A DNA stretch of 64,000 nt from Thalassobaculaceae bacterium (GCA_965228875.1 OZ245843.1:850616-914615); one strand, 5' to 3'. Counted from the stretch's first letter, positions 20,399 to 31,103 are shown. Program-made: numbers and translations. The notes: generated from the sequence alone by a model not told the origin.

Positions 20399-21718
20399 AT
20401 GAGGCCCGCGGGCCGCCTGGCGGCGGCGATCGAGATTCTGGAGGCGATCGACGCCACGGACCGCCCGGCGGACCGTGTCCTCGACCGCTATATCCGCGAC
20501 CGGCGCTACATCGGCGGCGGCGACCGTTCCGCCATCGCCGCGCGGGTCTGGGGCATCTATCGACGCCGCGCCCGGCTCGACTGGTGGATCAAGAAGGCGG
20601 GCAAGGGCATCGGTCGGAACGCCCGGGGACGCGTCCTGGCCGATCTGGTGCTGCACGACCGCCAGGACGTTCCCGGTATCGCCGAGATGTTCGACGGCTC
20701 CCGTCACGCGCCGGCGACCCTGGCGAAGACGGAGAGCGAGGCCCTGCGGCGGATCGTCGGCGGCGCGCTCGACAGCGAGGAGATACCCGAGGCGGTGAGG
20801 GCGGAATGCCCCGCGTGGCTGTGGCCGCATATGGAGGCACGGTTCGGCGCCGAGACCACGCGAGCGGTCGCGGCCCTGGGCGAGGAGGCTCCGTTCGACC
20901 TGCGCGTCAACCCGCTGGCCGGAGCGAGCCGGGAAGCGGTGGTCGCCGCGCTCGCCGAGGAGCAGGTGCCGGCCGCGCCGACATCCCTGTCGCCGCTGGG
21001 CCTGCGGCTCGACCGCCGCCGCCCGGTGGACCGCATGGCGGCCTTCAAGTCCGGCGCGATCGAGGTTCAGGACGAGGGCTCGCAGCTCGCCGCCCTCCTG
21101 GTCGGGGCGGCCCCCGGCATGCTGGTCGTCGACTATTGCGCCGGCGCCGGCGGCAAGGCCCTCGCCATGGCCGCCGGAATGGAGAATCGCGGCCGGCTGA
21201 TCCTCTACGACGTGTCCAAGGCCCGGCTTGACCGGGCCGCCGTGCGTCTGCGCCGGGCCGGAATCCACAATGCCGAACGCCGCGTTCTGGGCGAGGGTGA
21301 GAAGACCGTCAAGCGGTTGGCCGGCAAGGCCGATCGGGTGCTGGTCGATGCCCCGTGTTCCGGGACCGGCACGTGGCGGCGCAATCCGGACGCCAAATGG
21401 CGCTACGGCGCCGACGACCTCGCCGAACTCACCCAGACCCAGCGGGAGATCCTGGAACGGGCGGCCAGTCTGGTGAAGCCGGGCGGTCGGGTGATCTACG
21501 TCACCTGCTCGGTGCTGCGGGCGGAGAATGAGGACGTGGTCGACGGGTTTCTGGCGGAGAGCGACCGCTTCTCGGTGCTGCCGGTGGCCGGCGTTTGGGC
21601 GGACACCGTCGGGACCGAGCCCTGTCCGGCGACCGGACCCTATCTGACCCTCTCGCCGCACCGCGAGGGAACCGACGGCTTCTTCGTCGCGGTCCTGGAG
21701 CGATCGCCGCTGCCCTGA
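20399..21718 (+). CDS. RsmB/NOL1/NOP2-family RNA m5C methyltransferase
   Basis: QDEGSQ, DYCAGAGGK, DAPCSGTG, YVTCS..ENE, TDGFF. Confidence 0.92.
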   Translation: MRPAGRLAAAIEILEAIDATDRPADRVLDRYIRDRRYIGGGDRSAIAARVWGIYRRRARLDWWIKKAGKGIGRNARGRVLADLVLHDRQDVPGIAEMFDGSRHAPATLAKTESEALRRIVGGALDSEEIPEAVRAECPAWLWPHMEARFGAETTRAVAALGEEAPFDLRVNPLAGASREAVVAALAEEQVPAAPTSLSPLGLRLDRRRPVDRMAAFKSGAIEVQDEGSQLAALLVGAAPGMLVVDYCAGAGGKALAMAAGMENRGRLILYDVSKARLDRAAVRLRRAGIHNAERRVLGEGEKTVKRLAGKADRVLVDAPCSGTGTWRRNPDAKWRYGADDLAELTQTQREILERAASLVKPGGRVIYVTCSVLRAENEDVVDGFLAESDRFSVLPVAGVWADTVGTEPCPATGPYLTLSPHREGTDGFFVAVLERSPLP

Positions 21719-21742
21719 GCCACGCCGTCGCCAGAAGCGTGG

Positions 21743-22528
21743 TCAGCCTGCAGACAGCAGTCCGTCCATCGCCCTGACCAGCGCTCTCGACTTGTCGAGG
21801 TCGAGGGCATCGGGGTGGGGCGGGCCGAAGCGACCGGCATCGTTGTCGAAGTACCTGCCGGAGGCGTCGGCGAAGTCCGGCGACAGGGCGGCGCGGGCAA
21901 GAATTTCGGCGCCGATGCCCAGATCGCTGCCGGCGACCCCGAACCCTTCCCTGACCATTTTGCTGGCGAGCAGCGAGCCTGGATTGACTGCCACCACCAC
22001 CGGTCCGTCGGTCAACTCCGCGGCCAGGGTGGCGCTCCACATTGTCAGCGCGAGTTTGCTCTGGGCGTAGGCTTCCATGTCAGACAGGCGCGACTCGCCG
22101 GTCAGCGCCCGCAGGCTCACCGGGGACTGCGCGGCGGAGGAGAGGTTGACGATGCGGCCTTCGCGAGCGAACAGCGGTAGCAGGCGGCGGGTCAGCGCGT
22201 AGGGCGCCAGCGTGTTGACCATGAACCGCACATCCAGCCCTTCCGCCGTCGTCGTGACGGGGGTCTTGAAGACGCCGGCATTGTTGATGAGGACGTCCAG
22301 GCGTTGATGCTCGACAGCGATCGCCGCGGCCAGAGCCTCGACGTCGGCCAGGCGCGACAGGTCAGCCAGGTACCGACCGGCCGGATCGCCGACGGCGCGC
22401 GCGGCCGCGTCGAGCTTGTCGGCGCTGCGGCCGTGCAGCAGGACCCGGTGACCGTCGGTGGCCAGCCGCCTGGCGGTCTCTAGACCGATGCCGTCGGTCG
22501 CGCCGGTGATCAGAATGGTCTTGGACAT
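21743..22528 (-). CDS. Short-chain dehydrogenase/reductase
   Basis: TGATDGIG, NNAG, YAQSK. Confidence 0.92.
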   Translation of the reverse strand: MSKTILITGATDGIGLETARRLATDGHRVLLHGRSADKLDAAARAVGDPAGRYLADLSRLADVEALAAAIAVEHQRLDVLINNAGVFKTPVTTTAEGLDVRFMVNTLAPYALTRRLLPLFAREGRIVNLSSAAQSPVSLRALTGESRLSDMEAYAQSKLALTMWSATLAAELTDGPVVVAVNPGSLLASKMVREGFGVAGSDLGIGAEILARAALSPDFADASGRYFDNDAGRFGPPHPDALDLDKSRALVRAMDGLLSAG

Positions 22529-22678
22529 GATCGAGGATCCTTTCTGCCGGCGAGACCCGGGAAGGTGTCGGCGGCCACCCGCTTCGGCGTCGTTGTGTGT
22601 CGGGGGGCAGACAGCGCGCCCTATCAGGCTTCACTAGGTATGGTGACGTTGAAACGATAGAAATCACGCAGAATTGGC

Positions 22679-22700
22679 TTCACAATTCGGAAATTGCGAA
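22679..22700. promoter_or_regulatory. Imperfect palindrome, likely LysR site between SDR and LysR
   Basis: TTCACAATT-CGGA-AATTGCGAA. Confidence 0.4.
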
Positions 22701-22719
22701 TAATAGCGGGTTGATCGCC

Positions 22720-23634
22720 ATGGATACCGAGTGCGTTCGTCTCTTCGTCCTCGCCGCGGAGAAGCTGAACATCAGCGCCGCCGGTCGGGACCTGGGTCTT
22801 GTCCCGGCGGTGGCCAGCGCGCGGTTGGCGAAGTTGGAGCGCACGCTCGGCGCCGATCTGCTGCACCGTTCGACCCGCAAGGTGTCGCTGTCGGTTGAAG
22901 GCGAGGAGTTCCTGCCGTTCGCCCGCGAGATACTCGCCCAGGAGACGGCGGCCCGCGCCGCGCTGGGACTCGGACAGGCCAGTGTATCGGGAAAGCTGCG
23001 TTTCGCCGCGTCGAGCACCTTCGCACAGCTTCACATCCTTCCTCTGGTGCCCGAGTTCCTGGCGCGCCATCCGGGTGTCGATCTCGACCTGCGCCTTTCC
23101 GATCTGATGTTCGACCCGATCGAGGGGAGCTTCGACCTGGCGTTGCGGAGCGGGCCGCTCGAGGATACCAGCCTCAAGGGCCGCAAGCTCGCCGACGACA
23201 CGCGGGTGCTCTGCGCCTCACCGGGCTACCTGGCGAAGTTTGGAACGCCGGAGGATCCGGACGACCTCCTGCGCCACCAGGTGATCGCCTTCCACAACCA
23301 GTCGGAACGGCGGCTGGCCGCAGCCGATGGGCGGACGGGAGCGTTCGATCCCCGCCGTTCCGCCTGTCGGTTGGTTCTCGACGACGGCCTCGGCCTGAAG
23401 ATCGCGACCCTGGCCGGGGGCGGCATCTCGATGAACAGCCTCTGGTCCGTCTACCGGGAACTGGCCGCCGGGGACCTTGTGCGTGTCCTGCCGGAGTTCG
23501 CGGTCGACGACCGCTCCGTCTTGTGGCTGGTCTATCCGAAGTCGAACGTGCTCACCGCCAAGGTCCGGGTATTCATCGACTTCCTCCTCGAACGGATCGG
23601 CCGGCGACCGCCGTGGATCGATATCCGGGAATAA
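22720..23634 (+). CDS. LysR-family regulator (CrgA-like) divergent from the SDR
   Basis: NISAAGRDLGL..AVASARLAKLE..LG..LL.RSTR HTH; KVRVFIDFL. Confidence 0.92.
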   Translation: MDTECVRLFVLAAEKLNISAAGRDLGLVPAVASARLAKLERTLGADLLHRSTRKVSLSVEGEEFLPFAREILAQETAARAALGLGQASVSGKLRFAASSTFAQLHILPLVPEFLARHPGVDLDLRLSDLMFDPIEGSFDLALRSGPLEDTSLKGRKLADDTRVLCASPGYLAKFGTPEDPDDLLRHQVIAFHNQSERRLAAADGRTGAFDPRRSACRLVLDDGLGLKIATLAGGGISMNSLWSVYRELAAGDLVRVLPEFAVDDRSVLWLVYPKSNVLTAKVRVFIDFLLERIGRRPPWIDIRE

Positions 23635-23725
23635 AACACCAGCGCCGACGGTCTCCACGCTACAGCATCCTTGAATTCTGTTCCGAAGGCGTCATGTTGT
23701 CGCCTACACGATAATTGGAGGTCTC

Positions 23726-25501
23726 ATGTGTGGTCTGGCCGGCGAACTGCGGTTCGACGGGGGGTTCGTCACGTTCGATGCGCTGGGTGGCATGGCCGAC
23801 GCCATGGCGGCGCGCGGTCCCGATGCGCAGGGTACGTATGTCCAGAGCGGCGTCGGGCTGGCGCACCGGCGCCTGTCGATCATCGACCTTTCGGACCGGG
23901 CGCAGCAGCCGATGCACGATCCGTCGCTCGGCCTGACCATTGTGTTCAACGGCGCGATCTACAACTATCGGGAACTGCGTACGGACCTGGAGGCCAAGGG
24001 CTACACGTTCTACAGCGAGGGTGACACCGAGGTCATTCTCAAGGCCTTTCACGCCTGGGGCGAAGCGTGCGTCGAGCGGTTCCACGGCATGTTCGCCTTC
24101 GCCGTCTGGGATCGGACCGAGCGCCGGCTGACGCTGGCGCGCGACCGGCTCGGCATCAAGCCGCTGTACCTCGCGCCGGTGAGCGGCGGTCTGCGGTTCG
24201 CCTCCAATCTCCAGGCGCTCCTGTCGGCCGGCGGTGTCGACACCGCGATCGACCCGGTGGCCCTGAACCACTATATGAACTTCCATGCCGTGGTACCGGC
24301 GCCCCACACGATTCTCGCGGGCGTGCGAAAGCTGCCGCCAGCGACGACGATGACCGTGACCGGCGACGGCCGGGAGACCCGACGTCGGTACTGGGAACCG
24401 GTCTACGGCACGCCGACCGAGGACGCGGGCCTGTCCGAGCAGGACTGGCGCGACCGGGTTCTCGAGGCGCTGCGAACCGCCGTGCGGCGGCGGCTCGTGG
24501 CGGACGTTCCCGTCGGGGTGCTGCTGTCCGGCGGCGTCGACAGCTCGATGATCACCGCGCTGGTGGCCGAGCAGACCGGCGGCGACCTCGATACCTTCAG
24601 CGTCGGCTTCGAGAGTGTCGGAAACGAGGAGGGCGACGAGTTCCGCTACTCCGACGTAATCGTCGAACGGTTCGGCACCCGGCACCACAAGATCCAGGTC
24701 GACAGCCGCGAGCGCCTGCTGCCGAGCCTGCCGGGCTGCATCGCCGCCATGTCGGAACCGATGGTCAGCCACGACTGCATCGGCTTCTACCTGCTGAGCC
24801 AGGAGGTCTCGAAGCATGTGAAGGTGGTGCAGTCCGGCCAGGGCGCCGACGAGGTGTTCGCCGGCTATCACTGGTACCCGCCGCTGATGGAGGATGGCGC
24901 CGGGTCGGCCGATTACGCCCGGCTGTTCCGCGACCGCGACCACGCCGACTACCTGTCCGCGATCCACCCCCGCTTCCACGGCGACGACCATGCGGCGGCG
25001 TTCGTCGAGGAGATGTTCGACCGGCCGGGAGCGACCAGCGCGGTGGACAAGGCCCTTCGCCTGGACACCACGGTCATGCTGGTCGACGACCCGGTGAAGC
25101 GGGTCGACAACATGACCATGGCCTGGAGCCTGGAGGCGCGCGTGCCGTTCCTCGACCACGAACTGGTCGAACTGGCCGCCCGGGTCCCGCCGGAACTGAA
25201 GGCCGGGCGGGGCGGCAAGCATATCCTGAAGGAAGCGGCGCGGCAGATCGTACCTTCCGAGGTCATCGACCGACCGAAGGGCTACTTCCCGGTGCCGGCG
25301 CTGAAATACATCCAGGGCGACACCCTGGACTACGTCCGTGGGGTGCTCGACAGCCGAGCGGCGCGGGAGCGTGAGCTGTTCGATCGCGACTATGTCGACG
25401 GCCTGCTCGCGCGTCCCGAGGACCAGATCACGCCGCTCGGCGGCTCAAAGCTCTGGCAGGTCACGTTGCTCGAGGCATGGCTGCAGGCGAACGGCCTTTG
25501 A
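23726..25501 (+). CDS. asnO: N-acetylglutaminylglutamine amidotransferase (asparagine synthase family)
   Basis: N-terminal MCG Ntn nucleophile, LLSGGVDSS, SGQGADE, DDPVKRVDNMTM; first gene of the NAGGN triad. Confidence 0.9.
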   Translation: MCGLAGELRFDGGFVTFDALGGMADAMAARGPDAQGTYVQSGVGLAHRRLSIIDLSDRAQQPMHDPSLGLTIVFNGAIYNYRELRTDLEAKGYTFYSEGDTEVILKAFHAWGEACVERFHGMFAFAVWDRTERRLTLARDRLGIKPLYLAPVSGGLRFASNLQALLSAGGVDTAIDPVALNHYMNFHAVVPAPHTILAGVRKLPPATTMTVTGDGRETRRRYWEPVYGTPTEDAGLSEQDWRDRVLEALRTAVRRRLVADVPVGVLLSGGVDSSMITALVAEQTGGDLDTFSVGFESVGNEEGDEFRYSDVIVERFGTRHHKIQVDSRERLLPSLPGCIAAMSEPMVSHDCIGFYLLSQEVSKHVKVVQSGQGADEVFAGYHWYPPLMEDGAGSADYARLFRDRDHADYLSAIHPRFHGDDHAAAFVEEMFDRPGATSAVDKALRLDTTVMLVDDPVKRVDNMTMAWSLEARVPFLDHELVELAARVPPELKAGRGGKHILKEAARQIVPSEVIDRPKGYFPVPALKYIQGDTLDYVRGVLDSRAARERELFDRDYVDGLLARPEDQITPLGGSKLWQVTLLEAWLQANGL

Positions 25502-25517
25502 CCCGCGGGAGGGCGTC

Positions 25518-27305
25518 ATGACGGACCGCGCACAGCAGGAGTTCAGGCAGCGCCGGGCCAGGGCCCGGGGCCGATCGCGTCGGGCCTGGACCCGCAACCC
25601 GGGCGACGGGCCACCCCAGGACCGCGGGCAGGCGAACGCCGTGGTCAACGTGGGTTGGGGCCGACTGATCTTCGCCGACACGTTCGAGTCGGTGGAGGAT
25701 CTCGCCGAGGTGATGCGTCAGGAGGCGCCGGACGAGCGGGACATCACGCTCAACGTCAGCAATCCGCATGTAGTGCTGGCCCAGGCGCCGGAGGCATTCT
25801 TCCTCGACCCCTCGCATACCTACCGCCTCGAGTTCGAGCACTACCGGCCGCGGCCGGACCGTGTGGCGGGCGTTTTCATCCGCCGCCTGCGCTCCAGCGC
25901 CGATGCCGACGCCGTCAACCGGATCTGCGCCAAGGTGGGGATGGTTCCGGTCGGCCGCGACTTCCTCCTGGCGCACCGCGGGTCGCGTCGGATCGTCCAC
26001 CTGGTGGCGGTGGACGACACCACAGGCGCCGTCGTCGGTACCGTCACCGGCGTCGATCACGAGCGGGTCTACGACGATCCGGAGGGAGGCAGCAGCCTTT
26101 GGTGCTTGGCCGTCGATCCGCAGGCGCCGCTGCCGGGGATCGGCGAGGTGCTGCTGCGCCATCTGATCGAAACGTTCCAGACCCGTGGCCTCGCCCATAT
26201 CGACCTGTCGGTGATGCACGACAACGCGCCGGCCATCGCGCTTTACGAGAAGCTCGGTTTCCAGCGCGTGCCGCTGTTCAATTTGAAATACAAGAACCCG
26301 ATCAACGAGAAGCTCTACAGCGCGCCGATGCCCGAGGCGAAGCTGAACCCCTACGCCCGGATCATCATCAACGAGGCGCGGCGCCGCGGCGTCACCGTCG
26401 AGGTCGAGGACGCGGAGGGTGGCCTGTTCGCGCTGTCCCATGGCGGGCGCAAGGTGTCCTGCCGGGAATCCCTGTCGGAACTGACCAGTGCCGTCGCGCT
26501 CAGCCGCTGCGACGACAAGGCGCTGACCCATCGCCTGCTGGCGCGCCACGGCCTGCGGGTCCCGGCGCAGCACGAGGTGGACGACGAGAGCGACGCCCGG
26601 GCGTTCCTGGAGACGTACGGCAGGATCGTGGTCAAGCCGGCACGCGGCGAGCAGGGGCGCGGGATCTCCGTCGATATCAGCGATCCGGTGGACATGGTCC
26701 GCGCCGTCGAGGCCGCTGAGGTGGTGAGCGACCGTGTCCTGCTTGAGGAATTCTGCGAAGGCGACGATCTGCGGATCATCGTCATCGGCTACAAGGTGGT
26801 GGCGGCCGCGGTCCGGGTGCCGGCGACCGTCACCGGCGACGGCATCAGCGACGTGCGCAGCCTGATCGACCGCCAGAGCCGGCGGCGCGCCTCCGCAACC
26901 GGCGGAGAGAGTCGCATCCCGATGGATGCGGAGACCGAGCGCTGCGTGCGCGCGGGCGGCTTCGAACTCGACGACGTGCTGCCGAAAGGCCGTTCCCTGC
27001 CGGTCCGCAAGACCGCGAACCTGCACACCGGGGGCACGATCCACGACGTGACCGACCGGCTGCATCCGCACCTGCGCGAGGTGGCGGAGGAGGGCGCGCG
27101 CATCCTGGACATTCCGGTGGTCGGCTTCGACTTCCTGGTGCCCGACGTGGCCAAGGACGCGTACGTCATCATCGAGGCCAACGAGCGTCCGGGCCTCGCC
27201 AACCACGAACCGCAACCGACGGCGGAGGCGTTCGTCGACCTGCTGTTTCCGCAGACCACCGACCGTTTCCTGGAGATGAAGGAGCCTCGCAATGCCAGTG
27301 GCTGA
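25518..27305 (+). CDS. ngg: NAGGN synthetase (GNAT plus ATP-grasp)
   Basis: GWGRLIF, GNAT segment (SLWCLAVDPQ, DLSVMHDN), ATP-grasp (VVKP..GEQGRG, IEANERPGLANH). Confidence 0.9.
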   Translation: MTDRAQQEFRQRRARARGRSRRAWTRNPGDGPPQDRGQANAVVNVGWGRLIFADTFESVEDLAEVMRQEAPDERDITLNVSNPHVVLAQAPEAFFLDPSHTYRLEFEHYRPRPDRVAGVFIRRLRSSADADAVNRICAKVGMVPVGRDFLLAHRGSRRIVHLVAVDDTTGAVVGTVTGVDHERVYDDPEGGSSLWCLAVDPQAPLPGIGEVLLRHLIETFQTRGLAHIDLSVMHDNAPAIALYEKLGFQRVPLFNLKYKNPINEKLYSAPMPEAKLNPYARIIINEARRRGVTVEVEDAEGGLFALSHGGRKVSCRESLSELTSAVALSRCDDKALTHRLLARHGLRVPAQHEVDDESDARAFLETYGRIVVKPARGEQGRGISVDISDPVDMVRAVEAAEVVSDRVLLEEFCEGDDLRIIVIGYKVVAAAVRVPATVTGDGISDVRSLIDRQSRRRASATGGESRIPMDAETERCVRAGGFELDDVLPKGRSLPVRKTANLHTGGTIHDVTDRLHPHLREVAEEGARILDIPVVGFDFLVPDVAKDAYVIIEANERPGLANHEPQPTAEAFVDLLFPQTTDRFLEMKEPRNASG

Positions 27306-28458
27306 CCACGCCCATATCGGCCCGGTGGAGAACCGCGACCCGATCTCCCGCGTGCTGCGTCGCATCGATGGCGAGCGGATCATCGACCTGCTGCTGGAGT
27401 TGCAGAACGTTCCGAGTCCGACCGGCTACACCGACACCATCGTCCACCACGTCTGCGGTCTTCTGAAGGATCTCGGTGTCGAATACGAGGTCACCCGGCG
27501 CGGCGCCATCCGGGTGAACCTGCGCGGCGAGGTGTACAGCCCCGACCGGGCGGTGGTCGCCCATCTCGACACGCTCGGTGCCCAGGTGACCGCGCTCAAG
27601 GACAACGGTCGGTTGTCCGTGCGGCCGATCGGCACCTGGGCGGCACGGTTCGCCGAAGGCGCGCGCGTGACCGTGTTCACGGATGTCGGCCCTCGCCGCG
27701 GCACGATCCTGCCCCTCAAGGCCTCTGGACACACCTACGACACCGAGATCGAGACCCAGCCGTCCGAGTGGGACAACCTGGAGATCCGCGTCGACGAACG
27801 GGTGATGACCCGCAGCGATCTGATCGGCGCCCGCTTCAACGTCGGTGACATCGTCTCGGTCGATCCGCAGCCCGAGGTGACGCCGGCCGGGTTCATTAAC
27901 AGCCGCCACCTCGACGACAAGGCGGGCGTGGCGGCCATGCTGGCCGCCCTGGAAGCGGTTCTGGCGGAGGAACTGACGCTGCCGGTCGACTGTCACTTCC
28001 TGTTCACGATTTCGGAGGAAACCGGCTCCGGCGCCTCGGCGGTGCTCCACGGCGACGTGGCGGAGCTGCTGTCGGTGGACAACGCCACGGTCGCGCCGGG
28101 GCAGAACTCCTCCGAGTACGGCGTCACGATCGCCATGGGCGACATGACCGGGCCGTTCGACTATCACCTGACGCACGGCCTGATCGGCCTCGCCGAGCGT
28201 CACGGCATCGAGCACAGCCGTGACGTGTTCAAGCATTACCGCTGCGACGCCGCCTCGGCGATCGAGGCCGGCAACGATATCCGCACGGCTCTGATCGCCT
28301 TCGGCCTGGACGGCAGTCATGGTTGGGAACGGGTGCACGTCGACTCCCTGATCGCCATTTCGCGTCTGGTGGCGGTGTATATGGCCTCACCGCCGATGGT
28401 GGCGCGCGACGACAAGGACCTCGGGCCGATCGACGGCTTCCCGGACGTTCAGGAGTAG
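27292..28458 (+). CDS. NAGGN-system M42-family peptidase
   Basis: PSPTGYT, AHLDT, SRHLDDKAG, SEETG, SHGWER; overlaps ngg. Confidence 0.88.
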   Translation: MPVADHAHIGPVENRDPISRVLRRIDGERIIDLLLELQNVPSPTGYTDTIVHHVCGLLKDLGVEYEVTRRGAIRVNLRGEVYSPDRAVVAHLDTLGAQVTALKDNGRLSVRPIGTWAARFAEGARVTVFTDVGPRRGTILPLKASGHTYDTEIETQPSEWDNLEIRVDERVMTRSDLIGARFNVGDIVSVDPQPEVTPAGFINSRHLDDKAGVAAMLAALEAVLAEELTLPVDCHFLFTISEETGSGASAVLHGDVAELLSVDNATVAPGQNSSEYGVTIAMGDMTGPFDYHLTHGLIGLAERHGIEHSRDVFKHYRCDAASAIEAGNDIRTALIAFGLDGSHGWERVHVDSLIAISRLVAVYMASPPMVARDDKDLGPIDGFPDVQE

Positions 28459-28547
28459 CCCCGCCGGACCCGCGTCAACTTCTCCCTTCATTTCCGGCGG
28501 CCCGCCGGTCCATGATCCGGGCAAAACGAAAGCAAGGGAGGATGACC

Positions 28548-29348
28548 ATGGCCGACGGCGAGACCGTTCTGGTCGACCGCGCCGCAGGGCTGTGCCGGAT
28601 CACGCTGAACCGTCCGGACAAGCTCAACGCGTTCAACACCGAGATGCACAGGGCGCTCTACGCGGCGCTGAAGGAGGCCAACGATGATGAGTCCGTCCAC
28701 GCGATCCTGCTGACCGGATCTGGCCGGGCGTTCTGCGCCGGCCAGGATCTGGGCGACCGCGACCCGTCGATCAGCGGCGAGACCCGCGACCTCGGAGCGA
28801 CACTCGACAGTACCTACAACCCGCTGGTGCGGCTGATCCGAGCGATCGAGAAGCCGATCGTCTGCGCGGTAAACGGCGTGGCCGCCGGCGCTGGCGCCAG
28901 TCTGGCGCTGGCCTGCGACATCGTGCTGGCCGCCCATTCGGCCAAGTTCATCCAGGCCTTCTCCAGGATCGGATTGGTGCCGGACTCCGGCGCGACCTGG
29001 ACCCTGCCGCATCTGGTTGGCGAGGCGCGGGCCAAGGGCCTGGCCTTGACCGGGGCGCCGCTGCAGGCGGAAACGGCCGCGGAGTGGGGCCTGATCTGGG
29101 CCGCCGTCGAGGACGGCCTGCTCATGGAGGAGGCGGAGAAGCTCGCTGCCGGTCTCGCCGCCGGACCGACCATCGGTCTCGGCCTGACCAAGCGGGCGAT
29201 CCAGGCGGCGGGCGACAACACCCTGGACGCCCAGCTCGACCTCGAGCGCGACCTGCAGCGCGAGGCGGGGCGGACGCCGGACTATGCCGAGGGTGTGGCC
29301 GCCTTCCTCGAGAAGCGCAAACCCTCCTTCACCGGGAGCCGTGGATGA
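28548..29348 (+). CDS. paaG: 1,2-epoxyphenylacetyl-CoA isomerase (crotonase family)
   Basis: LNRPDKLNAF, FCAGQDL, YNPLVR, GLVPDSG, LDLERDLQREAG. Confidence 0.88.
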   Translation: MADGETVLVDRAAGLCRITLNRPDKLNAFNTEMHRALYAALKEANDDESVHAILLTGSGRAFCAGQDLGDRDPSISGETRDLGATLDSTYNPLVRLIRAIEKPIVCAVNGVAAGAGASLALACDIVLAAHSAKFIQAFSRIGLVPDSGATWTLPHLVGEARAKGLALTGAPLQAETAAEWGLIWAAVEDGLLMEEAEKLAAGLAAGPTIGLGLTKRAIQAAGDNTLDAQLDLERDLQREAGRTPDYAEGVAAFLEKRKPSFTGSRG

Positions 29349-29794
29349 ACGCCGGCCCATCGATGTCGCCGCAGGCGTTGGCCGAGGCCTGCGCCGCGGC
29401 GATGTGGGCCGACGACAACGCCTCCCGGCGCCTCGGCATGGTGCTGGAGCGGGTCGGGCCCGGCGAGGCGGTCGTCTCCATGGCCGTGACCGACGACATG
29501 ACCAACGGCCACGGCACGGCTCATGGCGGCTACATGTTCACCCTGGCGGACTCGGCCTTCGCCTTCGCCTGCAACTCCCACAACCAGCGCACCGTCGCCC
29601 AGCACTGCGCGATCACCTTCCTGGCGCCGCCGTCCGTCGGTGACAGACTGACCGCGGTCGCGGCGGAACGGATTGTCGCCGGTCGCAGCGGCATCTGCGA
29701 CGTGACGGTCACCGATCAGAACGGTCGGACCGTCGCCGAGTTCCGTGGTCACTCACGCACCGTCAAGGGCACCCACCTGCCGGAGGGGTCGTGA
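29345..29794 (+). CDS. paaI: Phenylacetyl-CoA thioesterase (hotdog fold)
   Basis: MWADDNAS, NGHGTAHGG..FTLADSAFAFACN, AEFRG.S. Confidence 0.9.
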   Translation: MNAGPSMSPQALAEACAAAMWADDNASRRLGMVLERVGPGEAVVSMAVTDDMTNGHGTAHGGYMFTLADSAFAFACNSHNQRTVAQHCAITFLAPPSVGDRLTAVAAERIVAGRSGICDVTVTDQNGRTVAEFRGHSRTVKGTHLPEGS

Positions 29795-29795
29795 G

Positions 29796-31100
29796 ATGGA
29801 AGACCTGAGCCCGGCACCCGGCGAGTTGGACGCGATCGAGACCGCGTCGCGCGACGAAATCGCCGCGCTACAGCTCGAGCGCCTGAAATGGACGCTGACC
29901 CATGCGTTCGATAATTCTCCGTTCTACCGCAAGCGGTTCGCCGAGGCGGGCGTGCATCCGGATGATCTGAACTCACTTGAGGATCTGGCGACGTTCCCGT
30001 TCACCGTGAAGGCGGACCTGCGCGACCACTATCCGTTCGGCATGTTCGCCGTGCCGCGCGAGCAGGTGGTGCGGGTGCATGCCTCCTCCGGCACCACCGG
30101 CAAGCCGACGGTGGTCGGCTATACCCGCCACGACATCGATGTGTGGTCCGACGTGGTCGCCCGGTCGATGCGGGCCTCCGGAGCGCGGTCCGGCGACATT
30201 GTTCATGTCGCCTACGGTTACGGCCTGTTCACGGGCGGGCTCGGGGCCCATTACGGCGCGGAGAAACTCGGCTGCACGGTGGTTCCGGTCTCCGGCGGCA
30301 TGACCGAGCGCCAGGTGACGCTGATCGAGGACTTCAAGCCGCGTGTCATCATGGTGACCCCGTCCTACCTGCTGTCGATCCTCGATGAGTACCGCCGGCA
30401 GGGCCTGGATCCGCGCGAGACCTCCCTGGCGGTCGGCATTTTCGGGGCCGAACCCTGGACCAACGCCATGCGCCAGGAGATCGAGCAGGCCTTCGACATG
30501 CACGCGGTCGACATTTACGGCCTGTCGGAGGTGATCGGCCCCGGCGTGGCCAACGAATGCGTGGAGACCAAGGACGGCCTGCACGTCTGGGAGGATCACT
30601 TCTATCCGGAGATCATCGACCCGCAGACCGGGGCCGTGCTGCCGGACGGCGAGAAAGGGGAACTGGTTTTCACCTCCCTGACCAAGGAGGCGATGCCGAT
30701 CATCCGCTACCGCACCCGCGACCTCACACGACTGCTGCCGGGGACGGCGCGCTCCATGCGGCGGATCGAGAAGATCACCGGGCGATCCGACGACATGATC
30801 ATCCTGCGTGGCGTCAACGTGTTCCCGACCCAGATCGAGGAACAGCTCATGCGCTGCCCTGGCCTCGCACCGCATTTCCAGATCGAGCTGACCCGCGAAG
30901 GCCGTATGGATGCCATGACCGTGCTGGTCGAGGCGGCCGAAGGCCACGGCGACGCGGCGACCCGCGAAACGGCGGCCGACGAGTTGGCGCGGCACATCAA
31001 GAGCGTGGTCGGGGTGACCGCCAAGATCGTCGTCGGCGCTCCGGGAGCGGTCGAACGCTCGGCCGGCAAGGCGCGGCGGGTGGTCGACCGTCGGCAGTGA
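29796..31100 (+). CDS. paaK: Phenylacetate-CoA ligase
   Basis: HASSGTTGKPT, YGYGLFTGGLG, DIYGLSE, RYRTRD. Confidence 0.95.
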   Translation: MEDLSPAPGELDAIETASRDEIAALQLERLKWTLTHAFDNSPFYRKRFAEAGVHPDDLNSLEDLATFPFTVKADLRDHYPFGMFAVPREQVVRVHASSGTTGKPTVVGYTRHDIDVWSDVVARSMRASGARSGDIVHVAYGYGLFTGGLGAHYGAEKLGCTVVPVSGGMTERQVTLIEDFKPRVIMVTPSYLLSILDEYRRQGLDPRETSLAVGIFGAEPWTNAMRQEIEQAFDMHAVDIYGLSEVIGPGVANECVETKDGLHVWEDHFYPEIIDPQTGAVLPDGEKGELVFTSLTKEAMPIIRYRTRDLTRLLPGTARSMRRIEKITGRSDDMIILRGVNVFPTQIEEQLMRCPGLAPHFQIELTREGRMDAMTVLVEAAEGHGDAATRETAADELARHIKSVVGVTAKIVVGAPGAVERSAGKARRVVDRRQ

Positions 31101-31103
31101 GCG

